From contig JAGXFS010000140.1 of the NCBI GenBank assembly GCA_024637275.1, positions 11,562 through 75,561 on the forward strand: DNA of 64,000 bases, read 5' to 3'. This document shows positions 16,880 through 26,777 of the stretch, piece after piece (positions within the stretch are counted from its first letter, which is position 1; each line of letters begins with the position of its first letter). The DNA comes from Acidimicrobiia bacterium (GTDB taxonomy: Bacteria > Actinomycetota > Acidimicrobiia > Spongiisociales > JAENVV01). The notes under the pieces are model-generated. The model was not told the DNA's origin, did not search any database, and was given only the letters and a program-made list of their open reading frames with translations. The translations under genes and the position numbers were made by a program.

Positions 16880-19507
16880 CTATACCTCCGCGAGGGTTCT
16901 TTCGGCGCTCTCCCTGGCTGCCTCCAGCGCCGCGCCTAAGTTGCTTCCATTCGGTCCGCCGGCTTGGGCCAGCTCTGGATCCCGACTGCCTCCCCCACCA
17001 AGGTAGCTGGCCCCGGCAGCTACCAGATCAGCCGCCGAAACTCCCCGTTCTACCTGGTCCTTTGTCACCAAACCAACCAGGGCACCTTTTCCACCGAGTG
17101 CCGAACCAATAAGGACTACTCCCGACGTCAACCGGTCCCGAATCGCCATAGCCAACAGCCGTAATTCGTCCGGCCGCAGATTACTTCGGTCGGCAACCAC
17201 CAACGATACCGCGCCTACTTTTGTCGCATCCGCAATCAGATCGGCAGCATCAGCTGACCGGGCCTGATCGGCCAGGGCAGCAAGCTCAGACTCAAGAGAC
17301 TGGTTCTTGTCCAATAAGGCTTCGATTCGCGCCGGAACGTCGCCAGGAGCCGCCCGCAGGGCTGCGCCTGCGCTATCCAAAAGCTGCCGCATCTTGGCCA
17401 GATAGGCATACCCGTCGCTGCCCGAGAACGCTTCGATACGTCGGACGTTCGACCCAACGGACGACTCGGCGGTCAGCACAACCGGACCGACCTGACCGGC
17501 ACTGGGGGTATGGGTGCCACCGCAAAGCTCTTTGGAGAACTCACCGATTCTGACCATACGGACAGTGTCGCCGTACTTGTCACCAAAGAACGCCAACGCT
17601 CCTTGGGCTTTGGCTTCATCCATCGAGGTAACCAACGTCTTGATATGAGAGTTGTGGATAATCTGCTCGTTGGTGATCCGCTCGATCTCGGCAATCTCGT
17701 CGTCGGCTAGCGGGGCGTGATGGTTGAAATCGAAGCGCAGTCGTCCGGGTTCCACTAGTGAGCCGGCCTGATGGGCCTGGTCGCCGATCACCTTGCGCAA
17801 TGCCGCATGCACGATGTGGGTACCGGTGTGGGATTTTCTGATCCGCTCACGCCGAGGCGAATCGATCGCCAGGTCGGCCGGCTGACCGGTCTGAATAAAC
17901 CCATCGGTCACCTTGCCCCGGTGTCCGTGGAATCCCTGGACAGCGTGTTTGGTGTCGAACACGGCGACGGTACCGGTCTCAGTCTTGATCGTTCCAGTAT
18001 CACCGACCTGGCCACCGCTCTCGGCGTAAAACGGGGTTGTGTCGAGAAACACCTCGACGGTTTGGCCCTTCTCGCCTCGTTCGACCTGGTCACCTTCCAA
18101 CAGCATCGCCAGCACCGTGCCTGAACTGGCTTCGGATTCATAACCGACAAAATTGGTTGGTCCGACAGCATCGAGGATCGAAAGGTACATCTGCCCGAGT
18201 GCCGCCTCGGCTCCCCCGGTGAAAGCCGCTTTCGCACGCGTCCGTTGAGCGGCCATCTCCGTGTCAAAGGCGTCGACATCCACCTCGAAGCCGGCTTCCC
18301 CAGCAATCTCCTTCGTCAGTTCGATGGGAAATCCGAACGTGTCGTGCAGCTTGAAGGCCACGGACCCCGGAAACGCCATGCCAGATTTGAGCGATGCGAG
18401 TGCTTCGGACATGAGACCCTGGCCGGCCTCGAGGGTCTTGCGGAACTGGCTTTCCTCCCGCTCGACCACGGTCATGAGCGTCTCACGCTTTTCGATGAGG
18501 TTGGGATGCCCACCCCCAAGCACGTCGATGACGACCTCGGTCAAACGCGGCATCAGCAAGCCCACGCCGCCTAGCTGCCACCCGTGGCGCACTGCCCGTC
18601 GCAGAATCCGGCGCAGCACGTAGCCCCGTCCAGCATTGGATGGAGTTACGCCATCGCCGACCAACATCGCCACGGTCCGAGCATGGTCAGCCATGATCTT
18701 CAAGGACACGTCGGTCGCGGCGTCCTCGCCAAATGTCACGGATCCGTAGGCGGCCGCCTCTTCGAGAACCGGACGGATGGTGTCAATTTCGAAAATCGAA
18801 CCGGCTTCCTGCATGACCATCGCCACCCGTTCGAGGCCCATACCGGTGTCAATACTCTTGGCCGGCAGGTCACCGATCACGTGGTAGGGCACGTCCTGGA
18901 TGTTCTGCATGAACACGAGGTTCCAGATCTCTACATAACGATCTTCGTCGCCACCGATCGGGCCACCTTCGGCTCCGAACTCGGGACCCCGGTCAAAAAA
19001 TATCTCGGAGGAAGGCCCACAAGGACCAGCCACTCCCATCTGCCAGAAATTGTCATTACCACCACGTTGCACCCGCTGCGGGTCAATGCCTTCCTGGTCG
19101 ATCCACAGAGCAGCGGCCTCGTCGTCGGTCTCGTAGACGGTGTACCACAGGCGCTCTTCAGGAAGCCCGAGCACCTCGGTTACAAACTCGTGCGCCCAGG
19201 CGATTGCCTCGGATTTGAAGTAATCGCCAAAGCTGAAGTTACCCAGCATTTCGAAGAAGGAAATGTGGCGATCGGTAGTCCCAATAATGTCTATGTCGAT
19301 GGTGCGGACGCACTTCTGCGGAGACACAGCTCGATCGAACGGGGCGGGCTCTTCACCGAGGAAATAGGGCTTAAAGGGCACCATCCCGGCGTTGGTCAAC
19401 AGCAAGGTGGGATCGATCGGGATGAGCGACGCTGACGGCCGCACCACGTGGGCGCGCGAGGCGAAGAAATCCACAAAGGCTTGGCGAATCTGATTGCTGG
19501 TTTCCAT
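16880..19507 (-). CDS. alaS: Alanine--tRNA ligase
   Basis: 875 aa with class II aaRS motifs, the editing domain HxxxH...CGGTH and a C-terminal DHHA1-like region. Confidence 0.95.
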   Translation of the reverse strand: METSNQIRQAFVDFFASRAHVVRPSASLIPIDPTLLLTNAGMVPFKPYFLGEEPAPFDRAVSPQKCVRTIDIDIIGTTDRHISFFEMLGNFSFGDYFKSEAIAWAHEFVTEVLGLPEERLWYTVYETDDEAAALWIDQEGIDPQRVQRGGNDNFWQMGVAGPCGPSSEIFFDRGPEFGAEGGPIGGDEDRYVEIWNLVFMQNIQDVPYHVIGDLPAKSIDTGMGLERVAMVMQEAGSIFEIDTIRPVLEEAAAYGSVTFGEDAATDVSLKIMADHARTVAMLVGDGVTPSNAGRGYVLRRILRRAVRHGWQLGGVGLLMPRLTEVVIDVLGGGHPNLIEKRETLMTVVEREESQFRKTLEAGQGLMSEALASLKSGMAFPGSVAFKLHDTFGFPIELTKEIAGEAGFEVDVDAFDTEMAAQRTRAKAAFTGGAEAALGQMYLSILDAVGPTNFVGYESEASSGTVLAMLLEGDQVERGEKGQTVEVFLDTTPFYAESGGQVGDTGTIKTETGTVAVFDTKHAVQGFHGHRGKVTDGFIQTGQPADLAIDSPRRERIRKSHTGTHIVHAALRKVIGDQAHQAGSLVEPGRLRFDFNHHAPLADDEIAEIERITNEQIIHNSHIKTLVTSMDEAKAQGALAFFGDKYGDTVRMVRIGEFSKELCGGTHTPSAGQVGPVVLTAESSVGSNVRRIEAFSGSDGYAYLAKMRQLLDSAGAALRAAPGDVPARIEALLDKNQSLESELAALADQARSADAADLIADATKVGAVSLVVADRSNLRPDELRLLAMAIRDRLTSGVVLIGSALGGKGALVGLVTKDQVERGVSAADLVAAGASYLGGGGSRDPELAQAGGPNGSNLGAALEAARESAERTLAEV

Positions 19508-19549
19508 GAAGGCGGCAGCTTAGCTTTCGGGAGGACTCGACCGAATCCG

Positions 19550-20893
19550 TTACTGCCCGGAGTCCGGTTCGGGGTCCGGCGACATCTGACCGCGTTGAAG
19601 CATGCGAGCCGCAATTTCGCCCTCACTCCCCTGCGAAGTCGGCTCGTAAAACCTGTCTCCGTTGAACGATTCGGGCAGGTACCGCTGCTCAATGTGATGG
19701 TCGGGGTGATCGTGGGGATATAGATAGGACGTCCCGTGACCCAAACGGGCGGCGCCTGAATAGTGGGCGTCCCGAAGATGAGCGGGAACCTCAGCGGATG
19801 GATGACTCGCAACAGCTTGTCGAGCCCGACCCATCGCTGACGTTACCGCATTCGATTTCGGAGCCGCCGCCAGGTAAATGACCGCTTGCGACAGGGCGAA
19901 GGCGGCTTCGGGCAACCCAACGACCTGGAGAGCTTGAAAAGCCCCGACAGCCTGGTTCAGTGCTCGAGGGTCGGCCAATCCAATGTCTTCGGAAGCAAGG
20001 ATGATCATGCGACGAGCAATGAACTCGGGATCCTCCCCGGCTTCGAGCATGGTGTGCAGCCAGTACAGAGAAGCGTCAATGTCCGATCCCCGCATGCTTT
20101 TGATGAACGCGGAGATCACGTCGTAGTGGTTGTCACCATCCTTGTCGTACTGAACGATCCGACGCCCCAGCGCCTCGGCAATATCGTCGAGCGTTATTGC
20201 CGCTTGACCGCGCCCCATCGCCACGATGGCGGCAGTCTCAAGCGCATTGAGCGCCAAACGACCGTCGCCACCCACGCGGTCAGCCAACGCTTCGACCGCG
20301 TCTTCGTCGATCGCCAAATCAAGATCTCCTAGTCCGACCGGATCACTGAGGGCCCGGTGTATGAGTAGGGCGATGTCGACGGCCTCAAGCCGATGGACCC
20401 TGAACAGGGTGCATCGGGAAAGCAGCGGTGAGTTCACTTCAAAGAACGGGTTTTCGGTCGTGGCACCAACCAGGATCACCGTCCCGTCCTCGACCCCCGG
20501 CAACAGCGCATCCTGCTGCGACTTGGAGAACCGGTGGATTTCGTCAAGAAAGAGCACGGTTCGACGCTCTTCGGTTTCGAGCCGGTAGCGGGCCGACGCC
20601 AGGATCGCCCGTACATCCTTGACCGACGCCGACGTTGCCGAAAGTGGCTCGAATGTCGCCGAAGACTCCGAAGCGACCAGTCGAGCCAGCGTGGTCTTGC
20701 CGGTTCCCGGTGGCCCGAACAAGATCATCGACACTGGCCGACCCTGTTCGACCATCGTTCGAAACGCCGCTCCTTCCCCAAGTAGCTGTCGGTGACCGAC
20801 CACTTCGGAGAGGCGCTGGGGTCGCATTCTGGCGGGCAAGGGGGCCGCCCGCATCCGGCGCTCAGCCTTTTCGGCGGAGAAAAGGTCCTCCAT
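19550..20893 (-). CDS. rarA: Replication-associated recombination protein A (AAA+ ATPase RarA/MgsA)
   Basis: 447 aa with Walker A (LFGPPGTGKTTLARLVA), Walker B (VLFLDEIHRF) and the MgsA C-terminal domain. Confidence 0.85.
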   Translation of the reverse strand: MEDLFSAEKAERRMRAAPLPARMRPQRLSEVVGHRQLLGEGAAFRTMVEQGRPVSMILFGPPGTGKTTLARLVASESSATFEPLSATSASVKDVRAILASARYRLETEERRTVLFLDEIHRFSKSQQDALLPGVEDGTVILVGATTENPFFEVNSPLLSRCTLFRVHRLEAVDIALLIHRALSDPVGLGDLDLAIDEDAVEALADRVGGDGRLALNALETAAIVAMGRGQAAITLDDIAEALGRRIVQYDKDGDNHYDVISAFIKSMRGSDIDASLYWLHTMLEAGEDPEFIARRMIILASEDIGLADPRALNQAVGAFQALQVVGLPEAAFALSQAVIYLAAAPKSNAVTSAMGRARQAVASHPSAEVPAHLRDAHYSGAARLGHGTSYLYPHDHPDHHIEQRYLPESFNGDRFYEPTSQGSEGEIAARMLQRGQMSPDPEPDSGQ

Positions 20894-22671
20894 CAGTCCT
20901 CGGCGGCTTCTTTCGCCAGCTTGGCCTTGACTTCCGGTCGTAGGTCCACCCCGAGTTCGCGCAGTTGCACGTCGGTGACCCTCGTCGGCGAACTGGTCAT
21001 GGGGTCGATGCCTCGCTGCGTCTTCGGGAACGGAATGACGTCCCGAATCGACTCGCGCTCGAGCAGGATTGCCAGGAGACGATCCACTCCGACCGCAAAT
21101 CCGGCATGAGGAGGGGTTCCATAGCGAAGTGCCCGGATGAACCAGCCGAACCGAGATTGTGCTTCCTCGTCGGAGATCCCGAGCACCTCGAAAACTTTCG
21201 CCTGAACTTCCGGGTCGTGGATTCGTACGCTCCCTGAGCCGAGCTCAGAACCGTTCAGCACGAGGTCGTAGGCCTGGGCGATGGCGGTTTCGGGTCGTTC
21301 GACCATGTCCTCGAGGCTGACCGGTTGGGTAAAGGGGTGGTGGGCCGGTGCCAGAGACCCATCCTCATTGATGTCGAACACAGGAAAATCCGTGACCCAG
21401 GTGAAGGCCAGCTCCTCGTGCCCTTCGGGCCGACCCAATTGAAGGCGAAGAGATCCGAGGACCGCTCCAGCCAGCTTGGCGGTGTCGGCGACGAGCAAGA
21501 CGGTATCGCCCGGCTTGGCGTCGAATCCTGCCAGAAGACCGTCCAGTTCAGCTTCGGAGAGGAACTTGGCAATGGGCGACCGCCAGGTGCCATCATCCTC
21601 AACCACCAGCCAGGCCAGGCCTTTAGCTCCCAGGGCCTGGGCATCTGCAACCAGACCGTCGAGTCCACCACGCGAGAGACCAAGCGACCCTCCGTTGATC
21701 CCCCGGACGACTCCTCCCGCGTCGAGTGCTCCCCCGAACCCTTTGAACTCTGTCACAGCGAACACGGACGAGACGTCAATGATCTCCATGCCGAAACGAA
21801 GGTCGGGCTTGTCCGATCCGAAGCGATCTAGGGCGTCGGAGTAGGTGAGCCTCCCGAAAGGCAGTGATACGTCGAGGCCACGAACCGCCTTGACGGCCGC
21901 AGCTATCGCCGTCTCGATAGTTGACTGCACGTCGGCGGCAGTCCAAAACGAACCTTCGATGTCCAGTTGGGTGAACTCGAGCTGGCGATCTGATCGGAAG
22001 TCTTCATCCCGATAGCACCGGGCAATCTGGTAATACCGATCGACCCCACCCACCATCAGCAATTGTTTGAAAAGCTGGGGCGATTGGGGGAGGGCATAAA
22101 ACTCGCCCTGGCGAAGCCGACTCGGAACAAGCATGTCCCGGGCACCCTCGGGCGTTGACGCAATGAGCGTCGGAGTTTCGACCTCGAGAAATCCCCCGTC
22201 AGCCATCGCAGACCGCATGGCGTGTACAGCAGCGCCACGAGCGCGCAAGGCAGCTGCCATTGGCGCCCGCCGAAAATCGAGATAGCGATATTCGAGGCGG
22301 ATGAGCTCATCGGCGTCAGCCCGGTCGTCGATCATGAACGGAAGCGGATCGGAAGCGCTCAAGACCGTAATCTCAGTGACTCCGACTTCGACAGCCCCGG
22401 TTGGCATATCGGGATTCTCAGTTCCCTCCATACGCGGGCGGACCTCGCCGACCAACGAGACGCAGTACTCCATGCGAAGTTCATGGGCCGCGGGAATCTC
22501 GGTTGGATCGATGACCACCTGGACGATGCCTTTAACGTCGCGCAGGTCTACGAAAACCACGCCGCCGTGGTCACGCCGCTTGGCTACCCATCCAGCCAGC
22601 CGGACCGTGTCGCCGATTCGATCGGCTGCCAGTTCGCCGGCATAGTCAGTTCTCAGTGGCTCTTGAGCCAT
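20893..22671 (-). CDS. aspS: Aspartate--tRNA ligase
   Basis: Start set at the internal MAQEPLRTDYAGEL...; the track ORF extends to 22749. OB-fold anticodon-binding domain plus class II core motifs, including the GGGID-like motif 3 (FAVGVDRL). Confidence 0.9.
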   Translation of the reverse strand: MAQEPLRTDYAGELAADRIGDTVRLAGWVAKRRDHGGVVFVDLRDVKGIVQVVIDPTEIPAAHELRMEYCVSLVGEVRPRMEGTENPDMPTGAVEVGVTEITVLSASDPLPFMIDDRADADELIRLEYRYLDFRRAPMAAALRARGAAVHAMRSAMADGGFLEVETPTLIASTPEGARDMLVPSRLRQGEFYALPQSPQLFKQLLMVGGVDRYYQIARCYRDEDFRSDRQLEFTQLDIEGSFWTAADVQSTIETAIAAAVKAVRGLDVSLPFGRLTYSDALDRFGSDKPDLRFGMEIIDVSSVFAVTEFKGFGGALDAGGVVRGINGGSLGLSRGGLDGLVADAQALGAKGLAWLVVEDDGTWRSPIAKFLSEAELDGLLAGFDAKPGDTVLLVADTAKLAGAVLGSLRLQLGRPEGHEELAFTWVTDFPVFDINEDGSLAPAHHPFTQPVSLEDMVERPETAIAQAYDLVLNGSELGSGSVRIHDPEVQAKVFEVLGISDEEAQSRFGWFIRALRYGTPPHAGFAVGVDRLLAILLERESIRDVIPFPKTQRGIDPMTSSPTRVTDVQLRELGVDLRPEVKAKLAKEAAED

Positions 22672-23876
22672 GTGGCGATCTCCTCGCGTGCAATAGTTTC
22701 TTGTGAGCCGTCGTCTAGTCGTTTGACGACTACCTGGCCCGTTTCCCATTCGTCGCCGACCACCACTACCGCCCGAGCCCCCCGCCGATCCGCCGCTTTG
22801 AACTGAGCCTTCAGCGACCGTTGATCAGGCAGGTTATCGGACCTGATGCCCGAGCTTCGCAGCTCACCCAGCATAAGCAACGCCTCGGCCCGCCGGGTGT
22901 CCGTGTTTGCGACGAACACGTCGATCGCCGGCAGCTCTGGGTCCGGAACCGATAAGACGATTCGATCGATACCAAGGGCCAGACCGACCCCCGGGACCGG
23001 TGGACCACCAAGCACTTCCGCCAGACCGTCGTAGCGGCCACCACCGCCTAAGGCGGTTTGGGCCGAGTCGAGGGCCGAACCGACGTACTCAAAGGCAGTC
23101 CGCGTGTAGTAATCGAGGCCACGCACCAGCCGCGGGTCAAGGAGGTACCGAACTCCGTCCGCAACCAGCCGTTCCTGAACCGACGCGAAATGTGCCTGAC
23201 AGGCGTCGCATAGTGAATCCACCGGCGACGGTGCCTCGGCGACAACGTCAGCGCAGATTTTGCAGTCCAACACTCGCATCGGGTTGAGGTCGAGGGTTTG
23301 CTGGGAATCCGCACAAAGAAGTGACCGCCGATCTTCGAGCCACGAACGAAGTATCTCGACGTAGGCTGGGCGGCATGCGGCATCGCCGAGTGAGTTCAGG
23401 CGCACGGTCACGTCAGGCACCCCCGCCGATGTGAGATAGCGGTACCCGAGTTCGATGACTTCGGCATCTGCGTCAGGCTCTGGTGACCCGAGATACTCAA
23501 GGCCAACCTGATAAAACTGCCTCCGCCGGCCGGCCTGGGGCCGCTCGTAGCGAAACATGGGGCCGGAGTAGGAAACCTTCATAACCCCTTGTGCACCAGC
23601 TTGGAGGAACGCCCGAACGACGCCTGCGGTACCTTCAGGGCGGAGGGTCAGCGACCGCCCTCCCTTGTCGTCGAAGGTGTACATCTGCTTTTGGACCACC
23701 TCAGATGACTCACCTACCCCTCTGCTGAACACCTCAGTCATCTCAAAGATCGGCACCATGATGAGGTCATAGCCGTAGACCTCCGCCATCTGCTCCCAGG
23801 CGTTGAGCAGCCGCCGCCAAACGCGCGAAGCGGGCGGAAGGATATCGTCGGTGCCCTTGGGGGCGCGCAAACTCAT
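22653..23876 (-). CDS. hisS: Histidine--tRNA ligase
   Basis: 407 aa (MSLRAPKGTDDILPP...RPEGTAGVVRAF), with HisRS motifs 1 and 2 and a C-terminal anticodon-binding domain. Confidence 0.9.
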   Translation of the reverse strand: MSLRAPKGTDDILPPASRVWRRLLNAWEQMAEVYGYDLIMVPIFEMTEVFSRGVGESSEVVQKQMYTFDDKGGRSLTLRPEGTAGVVRAFLQAGAQGVMKVSYSGPMFRYERPQAGRRRQFYQVGLEYLGSPEPDADAEVIELGYRYLTSAGVPDVTVRLNSLGDAACRPAYVEILRSWLEDRRSLLCADSQQTLDLNPMRVLDCKICADVVAEAPSPVDSLCDACQAHFASVQERLVADGVRYLLDPRLVRGLDYYTRTAFEYVGSALDSAQTALGGGGRYDGLAEVLGGPPVPGVGLALGIDRIVLSVPDPELPAIDVFVANTDTRRAEALLMLGELRSSGIRSDNLPDQRSLKAQFKAADRRGARAVVVVGDEWETGQVVVKRLDDGSQETIAREEIATWLKSH

Positions 23877-24520
23877 GGTGTCAGTCCTTGCAAAAACGGG
23901 TTGGTACGACGTTCACGCCCAACGGTAGTAGCCGGCCCGTGACCGGGAAAAACAATTACTTCATCATCGAGCGTCAGCACTTTCTTCGCCATGCTGTCCA
24001 TTAGCTGTTGGTAGCTGCCCCCGGGGAGGTCTGTCCTACCGATCGACCCGGCGAACAACTGATCACCAGAGAAGAGGACACCCTCCTCGGCGACCCGGAA
24101 ACAGACGTGACCAGGCGTATGGCCGGGCGTGTGGACTACGTCAAAGTCAATATCGGCGAGCCGAACCCGCTGCCCATCGGCCAGCGGCTCGAACTCCGGC
24201 ACGTGAATGGGGTCGGCGAGCCTGATACCCATCAGAGCTTCGACCTGTTGAGTCGGATTTAGGCTCAGGTAGTCGTCGTCGGGGTGCACGTACGCTTTGA
24301 TCCCGTACCTATTGACCACCTGCCCGGCCGCTCCACCGTGGTCCACGTGTCCATGGGTGACAAGCAGCGCCACGGGGGAGACTTCGAGGGCAGCGACGAG
24401 GGCGACGATCGCGTCGATATCGGGTGGTGCGTCGATGATGACCCCCGGTCCTCCCGTTTCCCGGGCAACCACATATGTGTTGGTCTGCGCAACCCATAAC
24501 GAGCGAGATTCAATAAGCAA
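23873..24520 (-). CDS. MBL-fold metallo-hydrolase (glyoxalase II-like), TTG start
   Basis: 215 aa with THGHVDHGG and later HTPGH and PGHG motifs. Co-linear with the conserved actinobacterial MBL gene downstream of hisS. An MLI N-terminus with a TTG start is supported by resemblance to the mycobacterial orthologue. Confidence 0.75.
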   Translation of the reverse strand: MLIESRSLWVAQTNTYVVARETGGPGVIIDAPPDIDAIVALVAALEVSPVALLVTHGHVDHGGAAGQVVNRYGIKAYVHPDDDYLSLNPTQQVEALMGIRLADPIHVPEFEPLADGQRVRLADIDFDVVHTPGHTPGHVCFRVAEEGVLFSGDQLFAGSIGRTDLPGGSYQQLMDSMAKKVLTLDDEVIVFPGHGPATTVGRERRTNPFLQGLTP

Positions 24521-24578
24521 AGAAGCGACCTTCTATCTTGGAAGGTCGCTTCTTGCTAGATCAACTTCGAAGTTGATC
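24517..24578 (-). terminator. Tandem hairpins downstream of the prepilin module. The first overlaps the MBL gene SD and start.
   Basis: Hairpin 1 (about 24517-24556) is gcaaagaagcgaccttc-tatcttg-gaaggtcgcttcttgc, a 16-17 bp stem. Hairpin 2 (24559-24578) is the perfect 9-bp palindrome gatcaacttcgaagttgatc. A T-rich stretch follows on the minus strand (TTGCTTATTG). Confidence 0.45.
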
Positions 24579-24619
24579 AATGCGGCCTCCGCGTGAAGGC
24601 CAGCAGGTTAGTAGTGAGA

Positions 24620-26122
24620 TTATGGCGTGCAGTAGGCCGTGACTGGCTCCGAGTTCGGAGATACATCCCGCCAGTCGCCTGGCTCAGGAATGAACGAGTC
24701 AGCGAGTGCCGGGTCAAACGTGAATCCCTGGATAACCCCTTCAGTCGGAGGACGGAAGTGGATTTCCAGGCGGTTACCCGTCTGGTCCTTGTAGCCATAC
24801 ATGGCACCGTAGATCACCGACTGGTTGGTTGACGTCACGATGCCGCTTGAGAAGACCAGGTGGTGCACCTCGCCGGGCACCGACTGGAAGTTCTGGCCAA
24901 GCGTCAATGTTCCGGTAGCTTTTTTCATGACGATGATTACGGAGGCCGGTTCGCCCGAGGGAGTCGAGCCCTTCTTCGGTGTGCCTCGAATCTCAAACGA
25001 GCCATCAACGATCAGAACGAAGTTGTCCGTGAAGGTGTTCTGATGGAAGTTGACGACACTTCCGTCCCCCGCCGCGACCACATGGACACCTTTGAGGTTA
25101 TTGCCGTTGGCCGCCACATAAGCACGGAAGTCCGCCAGGTTGGCATAGTAAGTGATCGTATAGCCCACGTAGTCACCTGCGTTGAAAGTGAAGACCGGGA
25201 GCGACACGTCTGGCACCGGCTGCATGTCATTGGCGTTCGGGATCAAAGTGGCGCCACCAATGTTCGATCCAGCCTTGAGAGCTAGGTCAGCAATCTTGAC
25301 TTCGCCACCGAGCACCGTCGCTTTCTTGAAGTATGAGTTCAGATAGGACGAGATGGTGCCGTCGGACCGGATTTGCACAGTCGACCCATATTGGGTTGAC
25401 GCAGACAGATCGTTGACACGACCTTGCACGTTGACATCCGATTGAACGAACACGTTCGAACCGCTGTCGATAGTCAGGTCACCGTATACCGTCATGGTGC
25501 CCTCGCCGCGATAGGGGTCATCGTTCTTGAAGATACTGGTTTGAGCCGAAATCGTGACGTCTTCACCCGAGTAGGCGTCACCGTAGATCGTCTTGAAGTT
25601 CGCTCCGACGATTCCACCCTTGGCTGCAAAGAGCGCATTGGTGAAGCCACCAAGAGGCACCAATTCGACGTCAAGCAACACCTTCTTGGCGACTCCCTTC
25701 GACGAGGTGCGGCTTGGTGCCCACCCCCACGACTCGAGGTGGTACTTAAGGTTATCGACCTTGGTGACTGCCACCCAATATTCGCCCTGACCCTCCACGA
25801 CGCCTTCGGCAACCGTCTCCAGGGTCTGCACGTCGCAGATCCCACCGGCCAGGATCCCCGAGGAGGCAAACCCGACGCTCTGCGCGTCCGTGCGCCAGCT
25901 GTCGACGTCGTAGGTGAGCAAAGCCATCGCTTCTTTCGCTCCTGCCTCGGCGACGTTTAACGCCTGAGTACGGTTACGGTCGAACGAGACCTCATCCAGT
26001 TCGTGAACCGCCAACGAATACCATGTGGCACCGAGCGCAAACACGATGAACGACACCGACAGAGCGGTGATAATACCGATGCCATCCTCGTCAGATCTCA
26101 GTTGTTCGATGAATTTGCGCAT
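24620..26122 (-). CDS. PilX/TadG-like pilus-associated protein (N-terminal PilX_N-like TM segment, large beta-rich extracellular region)
   Basis: 500 aa. N-terminus DEDGIGIITALSVSFIVFALGATWYSLAV resembles the PilX N-terminal domain. The remainder is rich in G/S/T/N/D/V repeats, suggesting a beta-helix-like fold. Last gene of a three-gene prepilin operon. Confidence 0.5.
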   Translation of the reverse strand: MRKFIEQLRSDEDGIGIITALSVSFIVFALGATWYSLAVHELDEVSFDRNRTQALNVAEAGAKEAMALLTYDVDSWRTDAQSVGFASSGILAGGICDVQTLETVAEGVVEGQGEYWVAVTKVDNLKYHLESWGWAPSRTSSKGVAKKVLLDVELVPLGGFTNALFAAKGGIVGANFKTIYGDAYSGEDVTISAQTSIFKNDDPYRGEGTMTVYGDLTIDSGSNVFVQSDVNVQGRVNDLSASTQYGSTVQIRSDGTISSYLNSYFKKATVLGGEVKIADLALKAGSNIGGATLIPNANDMQPVPDVSLPVFTFNAGDYVGYTITYYANLADFRAYVAANGNNLKGVHVVAAGDGSVVNFHQNTFTDNFVLIVDGSFEIRGTPKKGSTPSGEPASVIIVMKKATGTLTLGQNFQSVPGEVHHLVFSSGIVTSTNQSVIYGAMYGYKDQTGNRLEIHFRPPTEGVIQGFTFDPALADSFIPEPGDWRDVSPNSEPVTAYCTP

Positions 26123-26140
26123 GTTGGTTTTTTTCGCTTT

Positions 26141-26776
26141 CTAACAGTTGGCTGCGTTGGGGGTCCAAATATTGCGACCTGCTACTTCGGTTGATTCCAG
26201 GCGAGGGCTGATCCGGTCCAACGGACTCCGATCGATCCACACTGAGATCCGGACAACTTTGCCGTAGCTCGGCGAGGCCGACGGAAGGCCAGTGTTGTTG
26301 ATCTCGTTTCTGCCCTGGTTTTCAAACAGGAACTGGGGCGTGCCCAGGTCGACCGCAACAATCTCGTTGACGACGGTTTCGTTGACGGTTATAAACGTCA
26401 GGCCGCCATCACCGGATCGCTGCAGGTCCGTGTTGGCCCCGTCACCATCGACGTCAACCAACCGATAGATGATATGACGGGTGTCAGCCGGCGGGATCGG
26501 ATTGGAACGAGTAATGAACGACAGCGTGTTGGAAGCATCGCCAGGTGCGGGGATGCAAATCGTCTCGGCGCCGCGGAGCTCTCTATCCACCCTCTCCAAA
26601 ATCAAACGAATATCGTCGTTGGTCCTCGCCGAGTTTTCAATATCACGGGTAGCTCGCAACGAGGACGACAGCACGTTCGAGAACACGATGCTCACGATGG
26701 TCAACAGGAAGATGGCAACCATCAGTTCCGTGAGGGTGAGACCCCGTTCGTCGGTCTTGAGGCGGTCGAAGATCAT
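26141..26776 (-). CDS. Minor pilin / pseudopilin with a prepilin-type N-terminal cleavage-methylation domain
   Basis: Start at the internal MIFDRLKTDERG, then LTLTELMVAIFLLTIVSIVF (class III signal peptide, Glu at +5). The track ORF extends to 26809. The start overlaps the stop of the upstream giant pilin. Confidence 0.65.
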   Translation of the reverse strand: MIFDRLKTDERGLTLTELMVAIFLLTIVSIVFSNVLSSSLRATRDIENSARTNDDIRLILERVDRELRGAETICIPAPGDASNTLSFITRSNPIPPADTRHIIYRLVDVDGDGANTDLQRSGDGGLTFITVNETVVNEIVAVDLGTPQFLFENQGRNEINNTGLPSASPSYGKVVRISVWIDRSPLDRISPRLESTEVAGRNIWTPNAANC

Positions 26777-26777
26777 G

